DNA of 64,000 nucleotides from Paraspadella gotoi (GCA_051294375.1 CM119269.1:5281609-5345608), one strand, 5' to 3'. Shown: positions 22,187-35,035, counted from the stretch's first letter. Notes: generated by a model not told the origin, from the sequence alone. Program-made: numbers and translations.

Positions 22187-25100
22187 AACTATTATGGGGA
22201 TTATTCAACCCATGAGCCGACATGAGAGGGTAACAAGAGGATGGACGTGTTCAAGGGTGAGTTACGGCCGGTTGACTTTACTTTAAAAGCCGGACCCAAA
22301 AAACAAATTTTAGATTTGAAGAAAAGTTAAAAGAATTGTGAAGAGATATACGTTGTCCAAAGTCAGGAGCAAGATACCTTTTTTATTTAATGAATGGATA
22401 ATTTCATATTAGTTGTACTAATTTCCTAAATAATTTAACCTTATGAAGTAACAATACTACAATAGTATTAACATAGATTAATTCAACCAGGTAAACGACC
22501 CTTCGTTCCTTTCACGCTCCGACTTTTTCCCGGCAGCGGACACTACGCCGCTCATTGGTTGGGCGACAACGCGAGCAATTGGAACAACTGAGAACATTCC
22601 AATCATCGCCTGATAGAGTTCGGGCTTTTGGGCATTCCGATGGTATGTTCTTCTTTCTCTCTTCTCTCTCTCTCCCGTCTCTCTCTCTCTTTTTCTCTCT
22701 CTCATCTCTCTTCTTCTCTCTCTTCTCACGTCCTCCCTCATTCGCGATGCCATTTTCAATTTTCTTTTCTTTCATTTTTCCTCCAAATTTCCTCATTTTT
22801 TCTTGCCCTCCTCAATTTTCTTTCCTTTTCCTCCGCTTTCCTTCCCTTTCTCCCCTTTCCTCCCGTTTCCTCTCTTTACTCGCATTTCCTCCCTTCTCCC
22901 CTTTCCTCCCATTTCCTCCCTTTCCTCCCTTCGCCCCTTCCCCTTGTCCCAGCTTCCTCCCTTCCTCTCTTTCCTCTCTTTCCTCCCCTTCCTCCGCTTC
23001 CTCGCTTTCTCCCATTCCTATCCCCTTCCTCCTTTCCTCCTTTTCCTGCCCTTTCCTTCGTGCCGTTTCCCATTTTTTTCTTCTTCGTCGGCCTCTGCAT
23101 TTCCTCCCCCAATTTTTTTCGGCCGTCTCACGTGAAATGACGCTCGTCGTCGTCGCGTCGTCGTCGTCGCCGAGGTTCCCGCTTTCATCGTCGTAAGGCT
23201 GCGTATCGTCGTAGTCGTCGTCGTCGTCAATCGCCATCCTTGTCTCCTTCCATTTCCTTATTTCCGGTCCGCTTTTCGAACGTCTTTTTTTTTTTCTTTC
23301 CTCCTCTTCTTCCTCCTCTTCTTCCTCTTCCTCCTACTCCTCCTTCTTCTTCCCATTTCTAATATTCTGGTCCGGAACATTATTTTTTTTGGTCTTATCT
23401 TTCTTACTAATTGTTACTTTTTTTATTTTTACAAACACCTCTTGATAGTAACTTTTCTTAAACTCCCACCTTATTATTATTTTTTTGTTACTTTCTCCTC
23501 TCTTACTTTTTTCTCGCCTCTTTCCTCATTTTTATTGTTATCATATTTTCTTTCGTCTTCATCTTTTTCCTTCTTATCTCCCTACGAGTCTCCATTTCCG
23601 CTTTTTCGATTACAGCGCAAATATTGCGGATTGCGGTTGAGCAAGAAAAAGGAAAAAGGAAAGAGAAAAAAAAAGGAAAGGAGAAGAAAAAAGGAAAGAG
23701 AGACGTGAAGGAGATAAAAGGAGCTCGAGAGATGAAACTAGAGATCGTGAAAGGCAAAGTGAAGGGTCTTTCGGTGGGTGGATTGATGATTGGTGATGGG
23801 TGAGTGATCACATTTGATAGTTTTTTGAGAGACAAAAAAACTTTTTAAAAAATGTAATTTTTTCTTTAACTTATCAGATATAAAACAGTAAAAAATAAAC
23901 GTACCACTTTAATTATTAGAAATCAAAATCTCTCTCAACGAGGGAATAGAACTATATAAAGATTATTGATTGAATAGGAGAGAGGAGAGTACACAAAATT
24001 GAGACTAAATTCATATCATTCTCTCTCACATCGCTCTTCACTTTCCCTTCGCATCACCCTCACTTACCATTTTACTCCAGCCTCACCTCAGAACGTCCCG
24101 ATATCTGCGGCTTCTCGGCCAGCCCTCCGAAGAGCTCTGCAAATCCCGCTGGTCGCAAAGTCAGCCTTCTAAACCCTTTTTTTCCACGCAACCACAACAA
24201 CGATCACGAGGCCGGATCAAGAACCGCGGGCGCCTTCAGCGAAGATCACGCCGCGTCGTCAAAGCCCGCCATGGAGATCGTACTCGCTGCTTCCTTACCT
24301 TTAGCACGCAGTTTTACAGGGCGCGGCGTCAGCGGCAGTGCGGCAGCGTCAGCAATCCCAGCGGCGCGGTCGCCAGTGGCTTTGTTGTGAGGGCGTGGCA
24401 TTAAGATGTTCGAAGAGGCGCCGAGAGCGGACAGGTGAGAATACGGAGGTGTTGAACGAGGGAGAGTTTGTAATGGAAAAACGAGTGAATTAGTGGTTTT
24501 TTATGGCGAAATGTAAATGAACATGATTTGAAATAAATTTTGAGAGAATCAAGTATCTAGTACTGACTAATTAAATAAATAACTTAACAGACTGACGACT
24601 GAGAAACTGAAAATAATATGAATCGCCGCTATAAAAGATGAGGTTTAAAAAAATGAAGAATGAAGATGTCTACGGGAACGAGATAATTTAAGAGAAAAAT
24701 TTGCGTCAGCGGGGAATCGAACCCCGATCAACTGAAATTGGAAGGCAACTATGCTAACCATTACACTCACTGACGCTCGGTATAATTAGGGGCTGTCAAC
24801 GATTTCTATATTTTTTTTTAAATTTCCACACAGGGCAAAATTTTGATTTATTTGTGTTGCTTCATCGTCAGTGTTTGGCAATGGTCAGTGACATGACATG
24901 GCATGACATTAGTCCAGTGACGATTAGTCACTTGTCAGTGGTCAGCGGAATATTGTATTACTAAGTCGTTACTTATTTAGAATTACATTGCACATCGACT
25001 ACGAAAGCTCTTAGAAAAAAATAAAATTAAATCATTATATACAAAAATAAATTAGATTCAGTAATATTATCCCCATTTGAATTCCAGCTACAACTATCCG

Positions 25101-26808
25101 GACGAGGCAGTGAGAACTTGGGATAATTCAGGAAGCAGTTCATTTGGGGCGAGGCCTTGCTAATCTCTCCGCCCTTTTATATGAAGAACAAACAAAAGTC
25201 ACCGCTTACTTCCCGGGAGATCATACCATGTAATCGGAATACTATTAATTCAATGGGTAAAATGACTTTACATAGCATTTTTACTAGATTTGTTTAAACG
25301 TAACCTCCGGACGGGGAATGGTAAATTTCGAGTATTATTTCGTGCTGATGAAGGATGGCTAACATTATTAAACATGTACGTTTTCCTTTTGAAAATAAAT
25401 AAACTCGTGGTTTGCAAAACAAACAAAACATTTTTTTTTTCCCTGTATTAACTAATATCAAGACGTTCAATTTTTTCACAGGTACGACTTGAACCGGAAT
25501 CGCCGTGAAACTCCGATTCCTAAACAAACGCGCGGAGTTGGATTCAAACCCATCGATAAAATTAAGTTCACATCGTCGGCGGACGATAAGTAAGCGATGC
25601 CAAGGGTACAAACGATTTATAATTTTTTAGTTGCGCGCGAGTGACTCGCGGAGACTCTATAAGTCACTTTCGGTCGTAGGTCCGTCGTATAACTGTCCGT
25701 CGGTTTGTCCTTCTTACAATTAAAAATGTTAGAATTTACACTATAGTTGGTTGCTCATTTGTTAAGACAAAAAAAAACCCACAAATCAAAGAGACTGCGA
25801 GCGCCGCCTCAGGAAATCTTAAAATTATAAAGGAATAAAAAGACAAATTTGATGAAATGCATGGTCATAAATACATGGGCAAAGAAAAGTGTTTTAGTAA
25901 TGTCATGTCATATGCATATCATATCATTCGCTGAATTAAAAGGAAATTACACGTGCTAACTGAAGTACTGCGGCGCAACACATTGGATGAACCGATCTTG
26001 TTTTATATAAAAATCTCCAACCAAATATGTTATTGATGATTAATTGATAATTTTTGGACTGCTTTAAGTCTTCAACAAACTGAAATATTTTTGACAGTGT
26101 CCGCTAAATTATGCAATAATTCAAGAAATGTTTTTATGAGTATTTTTTTTTTTTAAAAGTTAAAATCAAAAGTTTTTGGTTATTAAATAAATATATAAAT
26201 ATTTGACTTAATCGAAATAAAATGGCTAAGTATTTTCTAACACGAATCATTTGAAGCAGCGCGACCGACCGACCAAACAAACTCTCCTATCAAGTTCACA
26301 TCAGCGAATATAAAAACCCCGTCATTTCCTCCAGGCGACGCCACTACAATCAACGCCGCCCGCCGCAAACCAACTCCGGCCTTTTATACGCCGCCCTCGC
26401 ACCGATTCCATGCCTCTCTCTTTTCCAACGGCGAACTCTACGACGATGGACGTGTCCGAAGGCGCGGAAGACGCGACGAAGTGGGCTCGATGTCCGGCCC
26501 TTGTCGGCTTCAGAAGCCCTCCGGGGAAGGCTCGACGTCTTGCCACCAAATGGGGCGCGCACGGGCATCTTGGCCGACGCGCCGAGGATCGAAGAGTTGA
26601 GAGTCCACGACGTTGGAATCGACGTGGGCCGTCCGAGGGCGTTCGAGTAGACGGAGTCCGGAGTGGACGCGCTTCGATTATTCTCGCGACGATGAGAAAA
26701 CGGAAGATGTTGTTGGTGACGGGATGAACCTTATTGGGTGAGGACATTACGTGGGAGTGGTGTGAGAGAGGGAGGGGATGCGGTATTGTAAGGCGGCGGG
26801 GAGTGAAG
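22187..26808 (+). CDS. Glycoside hydrolase family 31 alpha-glucosidase (GAA/maltase-glucoamylase/sucrase-isomaltase-like), C-terminal half, many indels
   Basis: Exons after indel correction: ~22187-22256 (NYYG...VFKG); 22491-22642 ([30 protein letters not shown]...IEFGL.GIPM); 24092-24434 (PDICGF..SEELC.RWSQ..F.RNHNN...RYSLLPYL.TQFYRA); 25088-~25230 (W...[27 protein letters not shown]); 25482-~25605 (WYDL...PIDKI.VHIVGG); 26335-~26808 ([10 protein letters not shown]...NGELYDD). These are the canonical GH31 motifs in the correct order, bounded by AG/GT sites. Confidence 0.88.
24702..24776 (-). tRNA. trnG-TCC: tRNA-Gly(TCC), imperfect copy (sequencing error or pseudogene)
   Basis: Reverse complement GCGTCAGTGAGTGTAATGGTTAGCATAGTTGCCTTCCAATTTCAGTTGATCGGGGTTCGATTCCCCGCTGACGCA. 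Acceptor stem GCGTCAG/CTGACGC, T-arm CGGGG-TTCGATT-CCCCG, anticodon loop CTTCCAA, and a T5 run just downstream. There are extra bases before the D arm and in the 3' anticodon stem. Confidence 0.8.
25623..26002 (+). mobile_element. DINE-1/Helentron-like non-autonomous element, family B (intronic in GH31)
   Basis: 5' TTTTTAGTTGCGCGCG...GACTCTATAAGTCAC followed by GTCC/GTCG repeats; 3' GCGGCGCAAC subterminal IR...CTTGTT. An inverted second copy lies at 46099-46427. Confidence 0.6.
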
Positions 26809-27209
26809 GTGAGGCGAACTTACCCGTAGGCTTTTATACTATTTTACATTCTACAAAGGGAATATTAATAAATTATTGATTACTACAGGAAATTTAGAAA
26901 TAAAAGCGAAACGATAAAGTGATTACTATCATTTTCTAAAGTGCATTATTATTCAGTATTTTTGAGAGCCGATGATATTATACCTGTCTAGGAGCTTTTA
27001 ATAGAAAATAATTTTTTTTTTTATTTTTTTTTTCCTATTAACTGCATAAATTGAAGGCAGAATTGAGTGATTTATTTAGCAGCTGAGCTGTGTTTTGGCT
27101 TTATAATCAATTATTTTCGAGTAGTTAGGCTCAGGACGCAAAGTTCCAATTTAAAATTTTAAATAGCAAGAGTAAGGGTATCGCTAATGACCATTTCCAA
27201 CGAGTGCTA

Positions 27210-28260
27210 CACAATATGTTTAAAATAGAAAAGTCTGACTGAGTTAAGGCCGTTTGTTTTCTTCCAGTTTTTTCCGTTTCCATTTTCTTTCTTCTCGTCC
27301 TCTTCGTCTTTTTCCTGGTCTCTTCCTTCTTTTTTAATTTGAACAACGTCACCAACGATGATGGCGACGAAGATGACGACCACTCCCACCGTCTCCAGTC
27401 GTTGGGTAATCTCTCCAAAAAAAGTCATCGCCATGAGCGGTCGTAGTCGCGAATGGAAACCCGCGCGTAGAACATTTCCAATTAAATCCGGCGAGACCTT
27501 CGTCAAAAGCTTTCCAACTTTAGCACAACCAACCTGTTTGCGCGAGTCGTGAGATGGTTTGAGAGGCTCCTACCCTGTCCGTGGCGCAGAGAAAATGCTG
27601 GAAACCATTCGAAGCACACGACGGCGACAACCTTGAGATGCAACGCAGACAAGAAAGTTGTCTGTTTCAATCAGCGATCGCGCGCATACAAAGACGTGAC
27701 CATTGCCAATTGCGACATAAAACGAAAAAAAATAAACGGGTAAGACCAAAAGGGCGCCTGAGAAATGGCACAACCAAAGAGAAAAGGGCGGGGATGTGTT
27801 TCACCAGCAGCGGCCTTTGTCACAACTTTGACGCAACCATCATCGTCGCGTCATTAAACTGGTGAAAAGAGAACGCCCAAAGAGCAGGATATAGCGGAGT
27901 AGGCGCTCGGAGGCATGACTTCTGCAGCGGTGCGCCAAAGGGTGATCAATAAAAGCAAAGGCAAGAAAACAAGGCCCAACGTTTGTTCGATTCACAGTCC
28001 TAGTGGCGCCCATGCAAATGGGTGGGGGTAGAGTTGTCACGGTCTTTCCAATGAAAATAAAAAATAAGCGATGGGAGGTCGAGACAGCGGTGACGAAGCT
28101 CGAAAGATGTTGCTGCAGACGCTGCGGAGCAGCAAAGAAACAGCAGAAGAATAAAACGCCCAATGCGAACATTGAACAGAAATATGAGTAGAAATGTGCA
28201 CTCTTGCGAATTTATACCAGTGGCAACAGTGAATGAAATAAACAATGTCGTCCAGTGGAA
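27210..28260 (-). CDS. Intronless, frameshift-riddled EamA/DMT-superfamily (SLC35G-like) transporter, or its pseudogene
   Basis: Minus-strand fragments are hydrophobic and ordered like two EamA repeats: FALGVLFFCCFFAA; TAAEVMPPSAYSAISCSLGVLFS; HIPALFSLV..SGALLVLPVYFF; LTKVSPDLIGNVLRA..PLMAMTFFGEI...TVGVVVIFVAIIVG; then a charged tail KKEGRDQEKDEEDEKK. The F-G-E...G-x-x-x-I pattern is typical of the last EamA helices. Confidence 0.5.
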
Positions 28261-28799
28261 AATAAAAGAATGTTTATTTTTCCTAAGTATAATTTTTTGA
28301 CATTAAATTCAAATTTGAAAAAGATTTTCAATATCATTTTTTAGCATCCATTAGCCCTAAAGAGTCCAGTTTTAAGGCAGTGATAATGCGTCTTATTATT
28401 TGGAGAACAATCTTCTTGGATAAACATTTCATGGATATTGTTATCTTACCATGATATAAAATTCCAGAAAGTATCAGATTTTACCTTTAAGTGTTTCGAT
28501 GAGAGAAAAAAGAAAATATTTTATTTCAACCAACCGTGGTTTCGCCACTTTGGTTTGCGAGTTTGGGAAAAAGAGACAAAATTTTTATTTTTCACAAATA
28601 ATATGAGAGGGAAGAGAGAGAGAGAGTAAAGGTTTTCCAAAAAAGAATTGAAGAAATTGAGAAAGGACAGTGGGGCAAGATGCGACATTGTTTGCTCCAA
28701 ACTTGTTTAAAAACATTGTTGTAATTAAACTAATTTATTATATAATTGATAATTATTAGATTAATAAATTGTTAACTCTCTCTCTCTCTCTCTCTCTCG

Positions 28800-28831
<32 letters not shown>

Positions 28832-29226
28832 AACACCCTCGTCTCCATCTAATTTCAAACGGCAACAAAAAGAAAGATTGAGATACATATAACCAGGTTT
28901 GGCTAATTAATGTTTGGACAGGCAAAGCTAAATAATAAGGAAAAATAACCAAATAAATTTCATAATAAGTTATAAATAATAATAATTTAGGGGAGGAATA
29001 ATAATAATAATTTAATAATAATAATTTATCTTAATATACGGTTAGCGGTTGTTAAATCACACATGAAATTCAAGCAGAATTAAATTAGTAGTTCTAATTT
29101 ATGATCAAAGAAAGACATCCAGTTGTGACGAAATTGTTTTTGATGAATTTTTAAAGAATTCGTCCCGGCGATTTTATTTTATTTTCTTAACTTAGTTGTA
29201 ACAATTTCATAGTAAATAATAATCAG

Positions 29227-30432
29227 GATCTCCATTTAACCTAAAAATACTTCGGTAACCTTTTTTTCATAGAAAAATGCGGGTTCTTCAGTTTTTCGTT
29301 GTTTCCATTCAGATGGTTTTTTTTTTTCGGTTGAAAGTCGGGCTCTTTGTTGATTATAAGCCTTTAAGGTCATATGTCTGATATATGGTTGACGGATGAA
29401 AACAACCAAAAAATATCAAACATATCTCCGGAGGGCTTTCCACCGACATTTGTTCGTTTGTTTTAATGTTTCCAATTATGAGAATCCAGTGAATATTCTT
29501 CTTTTTATTTGTAATTGCCTAATGAAAGCAAGGGCGTTAATTGGCACAAAAAGTTCCAAAAGCAAATAAATCATAATAATGTAAAAATAAATTACATTCA
29601 GTTATCTTATTGACCGCAACAATCATTCACCGATTTCACGGGCAAAAAGAAATAAGCAATTGATATGCTTGATATATTTGGCTTGTGAACGCCGAAACTT
29701 TTTTTTTTCCTTAAACTGTCTAATATGTATAATCGATATCTAAATAAAGATCTAATTTTGAATCAGCAAAACTGTACTTTTTTTGGCGACTAAAATTGAT
29801 GTAGCCTTATTGAACTTTTTTTTTCCAAACTAGTCTAAACTATAATTTACAATTGGTTCTAGCCAGGTATTATTCTATGCAAAAAGATTTACCAATAATT
29901 ATTAATTTTAAAAGGATTTACATTTCCAACGTAGTTACCTACTTTTCTTCCGCCGATATTGAATTCCCTCACTCGTACTCGCCCACGGCACGGAATTATA
30001 ATGCTTCCGGCGGCCAGTGGGTGGGGCTGCGTTACATCCCCTTTCGCGTTTACTTTTATACAATATAGCAATTATACCATAACTACAATATACAAGTATA
30101 CAATAATTGAAAAAGGAGATTGTTCGCTTATATAAGTCCAAAAAGTTTTCCTGACAAAAACTATCAACTTATAAACATATAATGCGTTCAATCGTTTCGA
30201 CTCTCCTTTTTTTGTTAGTAGTTTTAATCTGACGCAAAAAATAAGCTCCCAGAATAATTTAAATATAGCTATACATTTTATTCAGTTATGCTCCTAGAGA
30301 ATTCCGGAATATTTTGCGGCGATTTTCGTTCCGTCTTCAAATCGTCTTCGTTCGTGCGCGTTTCTCATCCTCTTCCTCCGCCTCGGCGTTTTTCACCGGG
30401 AAGATGATCACGTGAACAATGGATCAGCGTGA
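29227..30432 (+). CDS. Possible noisy multi-exon gene fragment ending in a TM helix and short tail
   Basis: Coding-like blocks between AT-rich spacers: ~29311-29490 (MSDIWLTDENNQKISNISPEGFPPTFVRLF), ~29914-30060 (IYISNVVTYFSSADIEFPHSYSPTARNYNASGGQWVGLRYIPF) and ~30286-30432 (IPEYFAAIFVP...CAFLILFLRLGVFHREDDHVNNGSA*). No family recognised. Confidence 0.3.
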
Positions 30433-30655
30433 CTCCCGCCATCCACTCAACGGAAAAATGGGACTGTGACGAGGCGAAACTTTTGCGAAATTTTTTACCT
30501 CTGATGCGTAAAGATAAGAGAAAAATACGACTAAAAAATTAATTTCATAACGAAGGAAAGGAAAAAAATAAATTGAGAGAGAGAGAAGAGAGATAGAGAG
30601 AGAGAGAGAGAAGAGAGAGAGAGAAATGAGAGAGAGAGAGAGAGAATGAGAGAGA

Positions 30656-30694
<39 letters not shown>

Positions 30695-31002
30695 GAGAGA
30701 GNNNNNNNNNNNNNNNNNNNNNNNNNTCTCATTCTTTCTGTCCTCTGACCAACGAGTGAAAATAAAAAATTCTATTCCCTCTTTTTATCTGAATTCCAAA
30801 TCAGTGTTCGANNNNNNNNNNNNNNNNNNNNNNNNNNNNNNNNNNNNNNNNNNNNNNNNNNNNNNNNNNNNNNNNNNNNNNNNNNNNNNNNNNNNNNNNN
30901 NNNNNNNNNNNNNNNNNNNNNNNNNNNNNNNNNNNNNNNNNNNNNNNNNNNNNNNNNNNNNNNNNNNNNNNNNNNNNNNNNNNNNNNNNNNNNNNNNNNN
31001 NN

Positions 31003-31037
<35 letters not shown>

Positions 31038-33329
31038 CTCAACCCAGAGCCAAGCAGAACAGAGGGTTTTTGTGAAAAGAATTCATACATAAATAGACAA
31101 AAAAATTTCAGTTGATAGAAGTTATTTTACCGAGTTTGCTTATTTTTGTGCATAGTGTGTTTTACTCGTTTCTAAAAATACTCCCTTTGGATATATGGCA
31201 AGGACTAATAGAGAGACACATTCCGTGGAAAAATCTAATAAAAAATTGTAAAATTAAAAAAATTATAATCAATTTTGATTTTGAAAAAGTTAAAAACTTA
31301 AAATTAGATAAAAATTATACATTAAAAATATCAAAAAGTTACATTTTATCAATTTTTATCTCAATCANNNNNNNNNNNNNNNNNNNNNNNNNNNNNNNNN
31401 NNNNNNNNNNNNNNNNNNNNNNNNNNNNNNNNNNNNNNNNNNNNNNNNNNNNNNNNNNNNNNNNNNNNNNNNNNNNNNNNNNNNNNNNNNNNNNNNNNNN
31501 NNNNNNNNNNNNNNNNNNNNNNNNNNNNNNNNNNNNNNNNNNNNNNNNNNNNNNNCCGCCGCCGCCGCTGCCGCCGACCCGCAGCCGCGGCCGCCGTTTC
31601 GCATTGGCATTCTCTCAAGAAAATCTGCTTTTTCGATAAAATTGTTCTCATTGTGAACGGATGGTGTTGGTCGAGTAAGAGTCGAGACGAGGTTGATCGC
31701 GGGAACAGAAATGGTATTAGTGGTCGTGGATTAGGGGGGAAAGATTTTATTGAGTTGGCTTCAAATTTGGTTTCAATTGAATCGGAGTAAGACTCGATTT
31801 CATTTCATTTCTTAATGCCGTCGAAAAAGAAATAAACTTTAAGTTGATTTTAATTTGACTCGAGAAAATCAAACAAATTCGAACGTTTAAAATTTCGGAA
31901 GTGATAGGAAAGCCTTTTCTGNNNNNNNNNNNNNNNNNNNNNNNNNNNNNNNNNNNNNNNNNNNNNNNNNNNNNNNNNNNNNNNNNNNNNNNNNNNNNNN
32001 NNNNNNNNNNNNNNNNNNNNNNNNNNNNNNNNNNNNNNNNNNNNNNNNNNNNNNNNNNNNNNNNNNNNNNNNNNNNNNNNNNNNNNNNNNNNNNNNNNNN
32101 NNNNNNNNNNNNNNNNNNNNNNNNNNNNNNNNNNNNNNNNNNNNNNNNNNNNNNCGATTTGGAATCGGCCACCGATCTGATCAGGATAGGAGATAACAGC
32201 GAGACCGCACTCATTCCAGACACAGAGCAAACTTCTTGAATGGCCCCGGGATGAGAGGAGAGTTGATACAGGGCTATTGGCACGCTCGTCGACTTTCAGA
32301 CGGGCTCCGTGCCGTCCAAGAAAAGGAGAAATTGAGACGGGGCTCCTGGCAGGGGCTTAGGTTTTGTCCATCCATCAACTTCAAATCGAACAAAGCGTCT
32401 TTTCCGTCAAAGAGGAAAAAAAAACGGCGGAGGGAAACGGGCAAGTTCCAAAAAAAGATTTTGTTGGCGGAGAAGGGAAAACTTTGTTGTTACTATGCGT
32501 TACTATGACGANNNNNNNNNNNNNNNNNNNNNNNNNNNNNNNNNNNNNNNNNNNNNNNNNNNNNNNNNNNNNNNNNNNNNNNNNNNNNNNNNNNNNNNNN
32601 NNNNNNNNNNNNNNNNNNNNNNNNNNNNNNNNNNNNNNNNNNNNNNNNNNNNNNNNNNNNNNNNNNNNNNNNNNNNNNNNNNNNNNNNNNNNNNNNNNNN
32701 NNNNNNNNNNNNNNNNNNNNNNNNNNNNNNNNNNNNNNNNNNNNNNNNNNNNNNNNNNNNNNNNNNNNNNNNNNNNNNNNNNNNNNNNNNNNNNNNNNNN
32801 NNNNNNNNNNNNNNNNNNNNNNNNNNNNNAGAGAGAGAGAGAGAGTGAGAGAGTCAGTGAGAAATAGAAACTTATTTATTTTGTAACAGTTCCCTCAACG
32901 CGCTACATCGATTTTCTATAGTCTCATGAATATGAAAAACAAAATCTCCACACAAAAAATTGAAAGAAAAAGTAGTTTGCTTCTCGTTTGCTTTTTATTT
33001 TAGCTCAGAACAGAAAAACCTTTAAAAGATAAAAAAATAAATAATAAAGTTAATAAAATAAAATTTGATACTAAAAGGAAAACTTATTTAGTTTTCGACT
33101 TCGTTTTTCGTTTTTCTACTTTATAGTTTATACACATATGTTTTTCAATAATAATTGTATTTAACCTCTTTTGTTTTTTCCAAACTCAACATTTAACTTA
33201 GTTACACTTTTTTTCTCATCAGTAAACAAAGGCTGAGCATCAAATTTTGAATTTTTATCATAAATCTAAAATTCAAATCAATGCTCATTTGATTTCAAAC
33301 AAAAAAAGATCCGCCAATCGCCATTTTCA

Positions 33330-33420
33330 CTTCGCCATCCGCCGTTCGCCATCCGCCGTTCGCCATCCGCCATCCGCCGTTCGCCATTCACCATTCGCCA
33401 TCCGCCATCCGCCATCCGCT
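33330..33420. repeat. 7-bp tandem repeat (CGCCATC/CGCCGTT)n
   Basis: About 12 units. Confidence 0.85.
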
Positions 33421-33559
33421 GATGAGAATTCGAGAAAATTTCTCCGTCGCTTTGACAATCCACTTCTTCCTTCTTTTCTTCCGCGAAGAAAATTTGAAAA
33501 CAGAAAAGTTCATCTCGGATTTGAAAGGGAATTTTGGGCTCCGTTTAATCCACCGGGAC

Positions 33560-33760
33560 ATGGAAAGAATTGAAATCATTGGAAAGAAATGAAAAGAAAT
33601 GAAGAAAATTAGAAAGAAATGGAAAGAAATGAAGATAATTAGAAAAAAATGGAAAGATATTGAANNNNNNNNNNATTAGAAAGAAATGAAAAGAAATGAA
33701 GATAATTAGAAAGAAATGGAAAGAAATGAAGATAATTAGAAAGAAATGGAAAGAAATAAA
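33560..33760. repeat. ~30-bp tandem repeat AAAGAAATGGAAAGAAATGAAGATAATTAG
   Basis: About 6 units. Confidence 0.8.
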
Positions 33761-34260
33761 GGTAAAAATGATTAAAAAACATTTGGCATTGTCACCTTTA
33801 ACTAAGTCTAAGAAACAATTGTTTGCATCTTTGATCTATTTGATTTATTTATTTATAGATATTTATTTACGTGTCAAGAATCTATGTGCCTAAAACTATA
33901 AACTATGGATCGAAAATATTTATATTACGTATTAGCTAGTTTAATCATTGTCAAATAAAAATAAATAAAACAGGAGGCCTACAATTACTAAATCGTGCCT
34001 CAATTTTACCGGGCACTTCGAAAACTACAATTGTTTACATTTGCTCGAAGGCGCAATCGCCAAAACCTAAATAAATCTCACACATGTATAAATGGATCTT
34101 ATAAATCGATAATATATTTAAACGTATGATCAGTTTATTATACAATGTATAAAATATATGAAAATTAAAAAATATTATTACTTTTGATAAACCAAATTTC
34201 GAGCAACCAATCAAAATTAAACCCGACCAACCGTCCCCACCACCCGCCACCATCCTCCAG

Positions 34261-34644
34261 ATCGACTCCAACGGCCACCTCTCCATGATGACCACCCTCC
34301 CACCTTCCTCCCACTCCCTGGCCTCCCTGGACGAGCGACTCGACCACCTCGCCCTCGACCCTCTCGCCATGGAGCAGCTCTCCACCATGGAGGGTCTGAC
34401 CCTGGACCCTCTGGTGGGCGTGGAGGGTCTCGGCATCGACCCCGCCACCGGAGGCCTCACCCTCGAACGCCTCGCCGTCGCCCCGATCTCCTTCGATCCC
34501 GCCCTCGTCGACGAAGGCGGGTTCCTCCCCGAAGACGCCTTCCCCGTGGTGGCGCCTCTGCTCGGCGGCGGGAAGATGGGAGGAGGAGGAGGAGGAGGAG
34601 GGGGAGGGAAGGAGAGCGGGGGAAAAAGGGGAACACGTATAAAG
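34261..34644 (+). CDS. Isolated 128-aa coding exon, acidic/Leu-rich with Gly run, unknown protein
   Basis: ctccag| ... |gtgagt; 384 nt, phase 0-0, open, strong C/G third-position bias: IDSNGHLSMMTTLPPSSHSLASLDERLDHLALDPLAMEQLSTMEGLTLDPLVGVEGLGIDPATGG...GGGGGGGGGGKESGGKRGTRIK. Confidence 0.75.
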
Positions 34645-34684
34645 GTGAGTGGAGATGGTTGGGGGAGAAAAGAGAGATAGTAAC

Positions 34685-34715
<31 letters not shown>

Positions 34716-34886
34716 AGAGAGGAGAGAGAGAGAGAGAGAGAGACAGAGAGATCTAAGAAGGTGAGGTACAAAATAGAGAGCGGTCTTCTTTATCTCTTCA
34801 TTGGTCTTTCTTTATGTTCTCTTCTCTCTCTCTCTTTATTTCTTTATTGCTTTTCTTTCTTTCTTTCTTTCTTTCTTTATTTATTT

Positions 34887-34944
<58 letters not shown>

Positions 34945-35035
34945 CTCTTTCTTTCTTTTATTTTTTTATTTGTTTGTTTCTTTCTTTTGTTTCTTTATTT
35001 CTTTATTCTCTTCATTCTTTATTTAATTCTCTCTC

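Noticed and set aside
32155-32360. Coding-like GC-balanced island between two gaps
   Set aside because: Stops in the + frames, no recognisable motif, boundaries lost in gaps
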